Part shown: positions 19,110 to 27,168 of the stretch, in pieces
Numbering within the stretch: the first letter of the stretch is position 1
Layout: the number at the start of each line of letters is the position of its first letter
Assembly: GCA_963796455.1 (NCBI GenBank)
Contig: CAWCLO010000010.1
Span: 288,001-352,000 of the forward strand
Direction: 5' to 3'
From: Candidatus Sulfomarinibacteraceae bacterium
Lineage (GTDB): Bacteria; Acidobacteriota; Thermoanaerobaculia; Thermoanaerobaculales; Sulfomarinibacteraceae
DNA length: 64,000 bases
Program-made: the position numbers and the translations under genes
The notes under the pieces: generated by a model
The model's database searches: none
What the model was told of the DNA's origin: nothing
What the model saw: only the letters and a program-made list of their open reading frames with translations

Positions 19110-20458
19110 GCCGAGGCCATATTCTGGTCATCGACGACGAGAAATCGTTGCGCGAGTTCCTCACCATCCTGCTCGAGCAGGAGGATTACGAGGTGACCAC
19201 GGCCGACAGCGTCGCCACCGGCATCGAAAAGGTCGTCCGCGGCTCCTTCGATCTGGTCATGTGTGACCTCAAACTTCCCGACGGCTCCGGTCTCGAGGTG
19301 CTTGGCGAGGCGCGAAAATGCCAGGTCAAGAGCCCGTTCATCATCATCACAGCTCACACGACGCCCCAGGTCGCCATCGAATCTCTTCGGGCCGGGGCCG
19401 CCGAATATCTCTCGAAACCGTTCAACGTCGACGACCTCAAACTGATCCTGAACAAACTCCTCGACGCCGCGGAGGAGGCTGGAGAACCCCGCGAAGTACC
19501 GAACTTCATCGGTTCGAGCCCCGCGATCCGCCGTATCTTGGACATGGTGCCGCGCCTTGCCGCAACCCCTTCGACGGTCTTTATTACCGGTGAGAGCGGA
19601 ACCGGCAAGGAGCTTCTCGCACAGGCCATTCACGCCTTTTCCGCCAACGCAAACGGTCCTTTTCTTTCGGTGAACTGCGGTGCCCTTCCCGAAGGCCTTC
19701 TCGAGTCCGAGCTCTTTGGCCACGTCAGAGGATCGTTCACCGGAGCTGTCAAGGACCACAAGGGGATGTTTGTCGACGCAGAAAACGGCACCCTCCTCCT
19801 CGACGAGGTCGGTGAGCTGACACCATTGATGCAGGTCAAACTGCTGCGCGTGTTGCAGGAACGTCGTGTTCGTCCAGTTGGCGCAAGTCGTGAAATCGAC
19901 GTCAATGTTCGGGTACTCGCGGCAACCAATCGAGACCTCGAAAAAGGCGTCAAGGACGGCGATTTCCGGGAAGATCTCTACTACCGCCTCAACGTGCTCC
20001 ACGTTCACCTGCCTCCGCTGCGGCAGCGCGGTGAAGACCTGCCTGAGTTGGCCAGGCACTTTGTCGAGAGGACCTGCATCAATTTCGGGCTGCCGCCAAA
20101 AAGACTGACACCCGATGCTCTGCGGGTATTGCAGGCATACAACTGGCCGGGAAACGTCCGCGAACTCGAAAATGTCGTGGAACGCACGGTCGCTTTGGAA
20201 TCCAGCGAGCTCATCTCCTCAGGCAGCCTGCCCGAGCACCTGCGGGGTGGCCCGACAGATACCCGGAACGAGCAGATGGGTTTGCCCGAGGAGGGCCTTG
20301 ATCTCGACGCACACCTTGATAACATGCGTCGCTCGATGATGCGACAGGCGCTGAATCAAACCGGAGGCCACCAGAAAAAGGCCTCCGAACTGCTGCGAAT
20401 GTCCTATCGCGCATTTCGCTACCACGCCGAAAAGCTCGGTCTCGTTCATGATGACTGA
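19106..20458 (+). CDS. pilR: PilR-like sigma54-dependent response regulator
   Basis: Receiver ILVIDDE...[40 protein letters not shown]-terminal HTH. Confidence 0.88.
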   Translation: MSRGHILVIDDEKSLREFLTILLEQEDYEVTTADSVATGIEKVVRGSFDLVMCDLKLPDGSGLEVLGEARKCQVKSPFIIITAHTTPQVAIESLRAGAAEYLSKPFNVDDLKLILNKLLDAAEEAGEPREVPNFIGSSPAIRRILDMVPRLAATPSTVFITGESGTGKELLAQAIHAFSANANGPFLSVNCGALPEGLLESELFGHVRGSFTGAVKDHKGMFVDAENGTLLLDEVGELTPLMQVKLLRVLQERRVRPVGASREIDVNVRVLAATNRDLEKGVKDGDFREDLYYRLNVLHVHLPPLRQRGEDLPELARHFVERTCINFGLPPKRLTPDALRVLQAYNWPGNVRELENVVERTVALESSELISSGSLPEHLRGGPTDTRNEQMGLPEEGLDLDAHLDNMRRSMMRQALNQTGGHQKKASELLRMSYRAFRYHAEKLGLVHDD

Positions 20459-20488
20459 TCGAGCGGCCACAGGGAGCACGGAAAAGCA

Positions 20489-21073
20489 ATGACCTTTCAG
20501 GACCTCAACCCACGAACAATCATCCAAGGTGCGCTCCGCCATCCATTTCTTTTCGTCTCATTGTTGGCGGTGGCGGCTTGCACGCAACCAGCGCAGGAAA
20601 CCGATTTGCTGGCATCAACGTCACCTCCCCAGCACACTGTCGAATCTCCCACCGGAACACTCCCGGACGGCTCGGAGATCACGCTCGAGCTCGCCATCAC
20701 ACCCGAAGAGCTTGCCACCGGTTTGATGTACCGGCCCTCATTGGCGGCTGATCGCGGTATGCTTCTGCTCTTCGAGATCGAACGTTCTCCTTCGATCTGG
20801 ATGAAAAACACCCTCATCAACCTCGATCTGATCTACCTCGACGATTCCGGAACCATCGTCCACCTGGTGGCCGATGTTCCACCGTGCGCCACCGATCCGT
20901 GTCCGACCTATTCATCCGAGAAAGATGCACGGGCGGTTCTCGAAATGATCACCGGCAGCATCGAGACCCACGGTCTCTCGATCGGCGACACGCTCGCATT
21001 CGCGCGCGTGCCGGGGTATCCGGTGATCGAAGCGGCAGCAGAAACCGAAGCGGATACCGTCGAGGAGAATTAG
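20489..21073 (+). CDS. DUF192 family lipoprotein
   Basis: Lipobox VAAC; LELAITPEE..TGLMYR, GMLLLF, IWMKNT, PC..DPCPTY, VLEM. Confidence 0.88.
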   Translation: MTFQDLNPRTIIQGALRHPFLFVSLLAVAACTQPAQETDLLASTSPPQHTVESPTGTLPDGSEITLELAITPEELATGLMYRPSLAADRGMLLLFEIERSPSIWMKNTLINLDLIYLDDSGTIVHLVADVPPCATDPCPTYSSEKDARAVLEMITGSIETHGLSIGDTLAFARVPGYPVIEAAAETEADTVEEN

Positions 21074-21086
21074 AGGCCACCGGGTT

Positions 21087-21380
21087 TCAGTTTTTTGGGT
21101 CAGCCTTTTTGCTGGGTGTTTCTTTCTTGGTTTCTTTCGGCTTCGGTGGAGGACTGGGGGTGTCCTCGGGTTTGGCGAGTGCGGTGGAACGGCCGCCGTT
21201 GCCCTTGCCGTAGTCGGTGATGTAAAACCCGCTTCCCTTGAACTGGAGGGCCGGAACACCGAGCAGTCTTCTCACCCGTCCACCACATTTCGTGCAGTCA
21301 ACCTCTGACGCATTGGCAACGGTGCGGATCTTTTCGAAACGGTGGCCGCACAAAAAACACTCGTATTCGTAGAGAGGCAT
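21087..21380 (-). CDS. FmdB family zinc-ribbon protein
   Basis: MPLYEYECxxCGHRFE...CxxCGG...FKGSGFYITDY. Confidence 0.93.
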   Translation of the reverse strand: MPLYEYECFLCGHRFEKIRTVANASEVDCTKCGGRVRRLLGVPALQFKGSGFYITDYGKGNGGRSTALAKPEDTPSPPPKPKETKKETPSKKADPKN

Positions 21381-21384
21381 GATC

Positions 21385-22140
21385 TCAGCCCCGCACCTGA
21401 ATCAGGATCTTTCCGCTCGAGGAAGGATCGATGGTCACCATTCGCAGCTCTGAAAGAGCATAGAGAACTCGGGCGTTGGCCCCGGCACTCAAGGGCCCCG
21501 CCTCGCACAATTCAAAGAGGGTGCGCTTCCCGTCGACCATCTCCAGCAGTTCACGCTCGGCCGATTCGAGACGGAAACGCTCGAGATGCGGAGGGCGCGG
21601 CAGTCGCTTGAGGATGGCACCCCGGCCACCCATCCGGGCGGTAATCGTCTTGGGATCTTCGATTCGCCGGCAGCCGGCAAGAATGGCGCGGGCGGTGGGG
21701 ATCTGGATCTTGAAGGTTTCTTCGGCCTTGGATTGGCCGACCTCGAAGCTCACCTGACCCTCGGACCAATTAAACAGGCTCCACACAATCGCCTGCACCT
21801 GTTTGCGTACCTGAATCCCCAGCTGGTCGCGCTCCAAAAGATCCATCTTGACCAGAATCTCGCCGTGGCGCACACCCGGAGACCGCTCGAGCTCTGCCAC
21901 CGAATCTGCGAGTTCCTCTTTGGATATGACCTCGTTGGCTACCAGGAATTCTCCCAGAGACTCGCTGCGATCACTGGAGGTGGCAAAGATGATGTCGCCA
22001 TCGAGCAGAAAGATCCTTTTGGTCACATCATCATGACTGACTTCGAGCACACCCGGTACGCCGTACCGATTGACGGTGGCGAGAATTTCGGGCAGCGGCT
22101 TCTTGTGAAGCTCGCTTCGGTAGACGAATTCGTCGCTCAA
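21385..22140 (-). CDS. DUF4388 (PATAN-like) domain protein with MshEN-like repeats
   Basis: LPEILAT...GVLEV...IFLLDGDIIFATS; LGEFLV/HGEILV repeats; LFNWSEGQVSF. Confidence 0.8.
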   Translation of the reverse strand: MSDEFVYRSELHKKPLPEILATVNRYGVPGVLEVSHDDVTKRIFLLDGDIIFATSSDRSESLGEFLVANEVISKEELADSVAELERSPGVRHGEILVKMDLLERDQLGIQVRKQVQAIVWSLFNWSEGQVSFEVGQSKAEETFKIQIPTARAILAGCRRIEDPKTITARMGGRGAILKRLPRPPHLERFRLESAERELLEMVDGKRTLFELCEAGPLSAGANARVLYALSELRMVTIDPSSSGKILIQVRG

Positions 22141-22199
22141 ATCGATGATCCTCTTGCGCTACAAATCGCTGGGTGCACATCCGCACATCGAGGGTACGA

Positions 22200-22298
22200 T
22201 GGCGGAAGCGCAAGGGAATCGAACCCTCCGACCGACCCTATTGAGACCGGCCCAACGGATTTGAAGTCCGCGGAAGCCACCAGGCCCCATGCGCTTCC
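22200..22298 (-). tRNA. selC: tRNA-Sec(TCA)
   Basis: Reverse complement GGAAGCGCATGGGGCCTGGTGGCTTCCGCGGACTTCAAATCCG..., 8-bp acceptor stem, long variable arm, GTTCGATTC, GCCA end. Confidence 0.95.
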
Positions 22299-22457
22299 CT
22301 GCAAAGGCCATTCTATACCAGCCCACCTGACGAGTCAGGACCTAATTGCGTCAACGGGTCCATCAGCATTCACATTCCCAAGCCGCAACCGCAGTCATTT
22401 GCTGGCAAAAGTCGCCCATCAAAGCTCACCATGCGGCGCCGGCTTTTGCGCCGGTCA

Positions 22458-22487
22458 TTGACACATGCCCCTACCCTTTGCTAAAAC
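22458..22487 (+). promoter_or_regulatory. Putative sigma70 promoter of tRNA-Ala
   Basis: TTGACA-18 nt-TAAAAC with a TG motif just upstream of the tRNA. Confidence 0.55.
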
Positions 22488-22499
22488 AGCTCTCCCTGT

Positions 22500-22575
<76 letters not shown>

Positions 22576-22586
22576 GCTACAACAAC

Positions 22587-22610
22587 CGCCGCCTTCCAGG
22601 CGGCGTTTTT
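22587..22610 (+). terminator. Terminator after tRNA-Ala
   Basis: cgccgcct-tcc-aggcggcg followed by TTTTT. Confidence 0.8.
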
Positions 22611-22671
22611 GCTGGTGACGCCTCCTTTGGACCTCACCTTCGGTTGCTCGCGCGCAGGGCGCGCGGGATCC

Positions 22672-23790
22672 CTAGGCTCTCACCTTCGCTTGCTCACAGC
22701 ATTCGGCCGCGGCGTCTCGGCGGACCTGGCCGCCCACATAAGATCTCGCCACGTAAGGCGACGTCATGGACGAAAGCAACGCCCCGTAGTTGAGGTCGAA
22801 CTCCACCTCGTCACCGACTTTCAGATCCGACTCCCTGGCATCAATCAGGATGTGATCACTACTCGCGCCGAGGATCTCGACATCCTGACAGGGTGTGAGG
22901 CCTGCGACGAGCACGTCCTGTATACCGACACCCAGTATGACTCTTCTCATCGGTCCCCGATTCGAGAACTCGGGCACGTTCCCAAAGGCGTCCTGACAGG
23001 TTTCACCATAGGGCTTGGATGGTTTCGCCTTCGATTCAATGACCTCAGCAAAGAGTCTGAATGCATCGGTGAACAGACCATTAATTGGCTTGCGTTGGAG
23101 GGTCTCACACCCCAAAAAGATCGATTCCCCCAATCTCAGGTTGTTGATCTTCCCCACGTCCGTTGCGGACATCAACCAGTCATGGTTGGCTGAGTTCCCG
23201 CCAGAGACATACTGCAATGTGATGCCGAACTTTGCTTCGATATCTCCGGCGAGCGAAGAAAGATGATCGAGGTTCTCCTCGTCCGGCTTGATCCCTCCAA
23301 AACACGCCAAGTTGGTGCCTATACCGGCCAAAACGATTCCTCGCTGGCCGAGAACCCGCTCAACGGTCTCTTCCAGATCCACAGGAAGAATGCCTTCCCT
23401 CAGATCACCCATTTCGACCATGAGGATGATCTTGTGCGTGATGTCTGCTTCGATCGCAAACCTGGACAGCCTCTCGATCACTGACAATTCCGTGTTCAGG
23501 CTGATATCGGCGTTATTCACCGCAGATTCGGCCTGACTCGGCGCCGGTGTCCTCAAGAGTACAAACTGCGCCTGAATTCCAGCCTCACGCATCCGGGTGA
23601 TGTTCTGCAGTCTCGAGTCGGCGAGGGTGTCGATCCCTGTTTTTACGAGAGCTTCGGCAACCATTGGATCTCCACAGACGACCTTTGTCACACCGATGAT
23701 GCCGATGCCTTTCGATGCGTAGGTCTCCCGGAGGCTCGTTGCGTTGTGCGAGATCTTCCCGAGATCGATCTCGATCCTCGGTGTTGTCAT
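22672..23790 (-). CDS. Alanine/ornithine racemase family PLP-dependent enzyme
   Basis: PRIEIDL.KI.HN, GVTKVVCG (PLP lysine), ADSRLQNI, EMGDLREG, GTNLAC, SGGNS, LRLGESIFLG, GASSDH. Confidence 0.88.
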   Translation of the reverse strand: MTTPRIEIDLGKISHNATSLRETYASKGIGIIGVTKVVCGDPMVAEALVKTGIDTLADSRLQNITRMREAGIQAQFVLLRTPAPSQAESAVNNADISLNTELSVIERLSRFAIEADITHKIILMVEMGDLREGILPVDLEETVERVLGQRGIVLAGIGTNLACFGGIKPDEENLDHLSSLAGDIEAKFGITLQYVSGGNSANHDWLMSATDVGKINNLRLGESIFLGCETLQRKPINGLFTDAFRLFAEVIESKAKPSKPYGETCQDAFGNVPEFSNRGPMRRVILGVGIQDVLVAGLTPCQDVEILGASSDHILIDARESDLKVGDEVEFDLNYGALLSSMTSPYVARSYVGGQVRRDAAAECCEQAKVRA

Positions 23791-24902
23791 CACGCCGCTG
23801 CGCTTTTGCCCAATTGGAGTTCCGGGAAGACCTCGAAAAGCCTTCTCACGATCTTTTCGCAGCCGTGCTTCAAAACGTCCATTGTCGGCAGCCCGTAGGT
23901 TCTTTCATATTCCACAACGGTGTCTTCGATCTCTTTGTCCGTCATGTCTTCATGGTTCAAGGTCAGCGCAATGACCTTGGCTCCAGATACGATCTCGATC
24001 AATTGAATTTCACTCTCGAGAGTGGGCATGGGAATGCCGGGGAAGTCACATCGATCTTTTCTCTTTGGTGGGTGTTGCAGGATGATCGCTTGCGGCCTCG
24101 CTCCCCTGATGATCGCGGTCGAGGATGTGAACGCCGGGTGGCTCAGTGCACCCTGGCCTTCGACGACGATGATGTCCGGGTGTTCCGCCTCATCAGCCTT
24201 CACGATCTCGTGCTCAACCTCACCGGTCTGAAAACCCGAGCTCAAGACATCAACTGCAACACCGTACCTGGCGCCCTGAAGCAGACCGGTCTGACCCGTT
24301 GCAATGAACGCGGTCGTCAGTTCTTGCCTCCGAAGTGTTTCAGCGAGAAGAACCGCGGAGGTCCGTTTGCCAACCGCGCAATCTGTCCCCAACACGGTGA
24401 TGATCGGAGTCGTGACCCGGAAGATCGATCCCGTAAAGATGTGCTGATCCTTTCTCGGTGGTGGTTTCCGGATATCGTGGATCTGCACACCATGCGCCCG
24501 TGCCTTCTCCACGAACTCTTCATCTTCGGTGAAGAACTCAGGGAGACCGTTGATGATGTCCATGCCCTTTTCCATGGCCGCCAACACCACCTCTCTCTGC
24601 TGCCTCGTGATGTACGACGCGAGTGGTGCAATGCCATAGATGAAGTACTTCGGAACAAAACCGAGCTTCTCGATGGCATCTTCGATGTCCCGGAACACGG
24701 GGATCCCGCTTCTCACTCCGTCAAGGTATTCACCGGCATCCATCCCGGTCTTGGTGCTGTCGGTCACGCCGCTGATCTGGTATTTTTCAGAATGGCGCAC
24801 CAGTCCGTTGGTCACCTTGCCATCGAGCTTTCCCAACTGACCCTCGCCGTATACAAGTGCCCGCTCTCTTATCGGGAGCACTTCAATTGCTTCTCTATAC
24901 AT
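23790..24902 (-). CDS. DUF1611 family protein (DgcN-like, P-loop)
   Basis: GKVTNGLVRHS, GTDCAVGKRTS, ATGQTG, VVEGQGALSHP; strong AAGGAGAGG RBS. Confidence 0.9.
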   Translation of the reverse strand: MYREAIEVLPIRERALVYGEGQLGKLDGKVTNGLVRHSEKYQISGVTDSTKTGMDAGEYLDGVRSGIPVFRDIEDAIEKLGFVPKYFIYGIAPLASYITRQQREVVLAAMEKGMDIINGLPEFFTEDEEFVEKARAHGVQIHDIRKPPPRKDQHIFTGSIFRVTTPIITVLGTDCAVGKRTSAVLLAETLRRQELTTAFIATGQTGLLQGARYGVAVDVLSSGFQTGEVEHEIVKADEAEHPDIIVVEGQGALSHPAFTSSTAIIRGARPQAIILQHPPKRKDRCDFPGIPMPTLESEIQLIEIVSGAKVIALTLNHEDMTDKEIEDTVVEYERTYGLPTMDVLKHGCEKIVRRLFEVFPELQLGKSAAA

Positions 24903-25151
24903 CGTTGCCTCTCCTTGGTTTTCTCTCCTGTTTTCGCTTCCTCAAGTCACCCACAATTGACCTGCGCCCTTTTGAATAGAGCAAGATCCGAGCCACGACC
25001 GAGACGCGCCGTCTTTTTTTGATCGATTCTGTATGTTGCTGAATTTAGGCAACATACGCGACCACTACTGGAGCAGCGTCAATAGAGAAAGATCAGAATG
25101 AAGTGTTATCAATCAATTTGATGGAGTCACGGCCGAAGTTGGCAGGCAACA

Positions 25152-25940
25152 TTGCTGCGGAAAGGTTATGGTGACAGGTTGATCGTGGAGCCGGACGAAC
25201 GCTGCGTTGCGATCAGTCAGGAGAAGTATGATTTCGGAAAGGACCAGAGTGTCGCCATGAGGGTTGAAGAGTACTGCGAAATGGTCGAACACCAACATCG
25301 TCTGCAGAATCAGCGCTTGCCGACCGTGGCGATCCGGGACGATGGTTCTCCATTGATCAGTCTCGTGGACTCCGGGTTTGATTTGGTATTCGAACCATCA
25401 ATCATGAAGGACTACAAATATCTCGTCAGAGCAGCCGTCCACGCCAAGATAGGCAGAATCAGCAAGCTGCTAAATGATATGGATAAGACGCTTATCATCC
25501 GTTCTGTATGGAGGTCTTTTGACCATCAACAGCTCCTGTGGGACAGGAATCTCGAAGTCGCTCGAAAACAGAATCCAGGGAAGAGCTCTGATGAGCTCGA
25601 GCGAATCACCATGGAATTCACTGCTCCAAGAGAAAAATCCATGCACGCCACTGGCGGGGCAGTGGATGCCTTGATCTATGATCCAGAAAACGACCGCGTT
25701 TTGGACTTTGGAACCAACAGCGGATTCAAGATGGATCTCAACACGAAGTGTTATCCGCTGCATCCGGGTGTTTCGTCTGAAGCGAAGAAGAACCGAAAGC
25801 TCCTGATGGATCTCTTCGAAAACGAAGGTTTTGTGTGTGATTTGACGGAATACTGGCACTTCAATTATGGCAATGCGGTGTGGGCCCTGCAAAAGGGCAG
25901 AGCATCCGCGAAATATGGCGTCGTCACAGGCCAGCGCTGA
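25152..25940 (+). CDS. D-alanyl-D-alanine dipeptidase (M15D/VanX-like); start uncertain
   Basis: WRSFDHQ, SMHATGGAVD (SxHxxGxAxD) and EYWHFNYG zinc motifs. Confidence 0.85.
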   Translation: MLRKGYGDRLIVEPDERCVAISQEKYDFGKDQSVAMRVEEYCEMVEHQHRLQNQRLPTVAIRDDGSPLISLVDSGFDLVFEPSIMKDYKYLVRAAVHAKIGRISKLLNDMDKTLIIRSVWRSFDHQQLLWDRNLEVARKQNPGKSSDELERITMEFTAPREKSMHATGGAVDALIYDPENDRVLDFGTNSGFKMDLNTKCYPLHPGVSSEAKKNRKLLMDLFENEGFVCDLTEYWHFNYGNAVWALQKGRASAKYGVVTGQR

Positions 25941-25974
25941 TCTCCCCGGTTCCTCTGGATTTCACCGTGAAGGT

Positions 25975-26706
25975 TCAGCCGGCCGGGCCAGGTGCGCCAT
26001 GGTCCTGTTCGCCGACGTCGACGAGCAGGATCTCGCATTTTTCATGTGCGGTGAGCGACAGCGAGCGTTCGTTCGTCACACCCACAGCGTCGCCTTGGGT
26101 CAGGATGATGTCGTGGGATGCCGCCTCGCCGCAGATGACGTGAAGCCAGGCGTTTCGTCCCGGCAGCAACTCGTGGATGAGGTGATGCCCCGGATCGATC
26201 AGGCTCGAGTAAATCAGGGCATCCTGATGTGTGTGCAGCGATCCCTGACGCCCGTCCGGGGACGTGACGATGCGCAACACATTGTGGCGCTGCGCTGAAG
26301 CGACGCGCATCTGCTCGCGGGCACCATTGGACCCGACCTCCAAAGGGCGTAGGGAGATCCGGAAGATTTGCGCCCACTGGGTCCGTGACGCGTTCGTCTC
26401 CTTGGGGCGGATGCCATGGCCGATGGCCATGCGCTGGAACTCCCCAGCGCGGACCACACCCGAGGACCCAGTCGAGTTCTCCTGAGCAATGGCTCCTTGA
26501 CATAGGTAGGTGACGGTTTCCGCGTCCCGACTTGGACGAGCCGCAGAGACCCCGGCCGGCGGCAGACGGTTCTCGGTAAGGCTCTCCAGGGCCCCGAAAC
26601 CACCGGAGTGCGGCTTCCCCGGCTCGGATGGGTTGAAGCTGTGCCAGAGTTCCTGCCTGAGGCGTCGGTCGAGGTGGCGTTCGTCGGCCCTGCGCAGCGT
26701 GATCAT
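25975..26706 (-). CDS. Pirin-like bicupin protein lacking the metal-binding histidines
   Basis: MITLRRADERH...HSF...GFGAL...GEFQRMAIGHGI...QIFRI...HQDALIY pattern of YhhW/YhaK-type pirins. Confidence 0.82.
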   Translation of the reverse strand: MITLRRADERHLDRRLRQELWHSFNPSEPGKPHSGGFGALESLTENRLPPAGVSAARPSRDAETVTYLCQGAIAQENSTGSSGVVRAGEFQRMAIGHGIRPKETNASRTQWAQIFRISLRPLEVGSNGAREQMRVASAQRHNVLRIVTSPDGRQGSLHTHQDALIYSSLIDPGHHLIHELLPGRNAWLHVICGEAASHDIILTQGDAVGVTNERSLSLTAHEKCEILLVDVGEQDHGAPGPAG

Positions 26707-26735
26707 GGGCCAGTTTCCTGTTCCTGCCAAACTGT

Positions 26736-26924
26736 TTATCTGGGGCTGAACCCGTATGTTGAACCAAATCCACCGGGTTCACAGTCTCCGCAGTTCTTCA
26801 TGAACGTGATTGTTTTCTTCGCTGTTGTTGTGTTGTGCTTGTCCTCGAGAGGACGTGTTGGTCCAATGAATTCGGGCTCGGTGCCCGGCACCTTCTCGGT
26901 TTTAATTTCTTTTCGATCACCCAT
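26736..26924 (-). CDS. Small hypothetical protein (62 aa) with CxxC
   Basis: AGGAGG RBS before ATG; lies between a sigma54 promoter and the pirin gene. Confidence 0.6.
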   Translation of the reverse strand: MGDRKEIKTEKVPGTEPEFIGPTRPLEDKHNTTTAKKTITFMKNCGDCEPGGFGSTYGFSPR

Positions 26925-26953
26925 TGTCTGAAGCCTCCTGAGCTCGTCGGCGC

Positions 26954-26989
26954 GTGTTCGCGCCTGTGTTCGCGCCTGTGGTTCGCTCC
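26954..26989. repeat. 12-bp tandem repeat
   Basis: gtgttcgcgcct gtgttcgcgcct gtggttcgctcc. Confidence 0.75.
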
Positions 26990-27042
26990 GCTGCTGGCAT
27001 CAATCGGAATTCATTGACGGCGGATTGTCTACTGATGTCGTT

Positions 27043-27058
27043 CGCATCTATCGTGCCA
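27043..27058 (-). promoter_or_regulatory. sigma54 (-24/-12) promoter
   Basis: TGGCACGATAGATGCG = GG-N10-GC, divergent from a sigma54 activator gene. Confidence 0.75.
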
Positions 27059-27168
27059 TCGGCGAGGGCTCTTTGTTTTCAGTTGGTTGCGGAACATGTT
27101 GGCCGACGACCGCCAGCTGATTCGATCAAAATGAAGGTATGGTACCTTCAATATGAAGGAGGCGACCG

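Noticed and set aside
13759..20059. Long minus-strand ORFs opposite the pil genes (and similar ones opposite fab, acc and cfa genes)
   Set aside because: Typical antisense ORFs of high-GC coding DNA with no protein motifs.
25098..25151. Possible selenocysteine read-through: ATG 25098 is in frame with the dipeptidase via TGA 25119
   Set aside because: The TGA is not in a redox motif, no clear SECIS hairpin follows, and VanX-like peptidases are not known selenoproteins. No other selenoprotein candidate was seen in the window.
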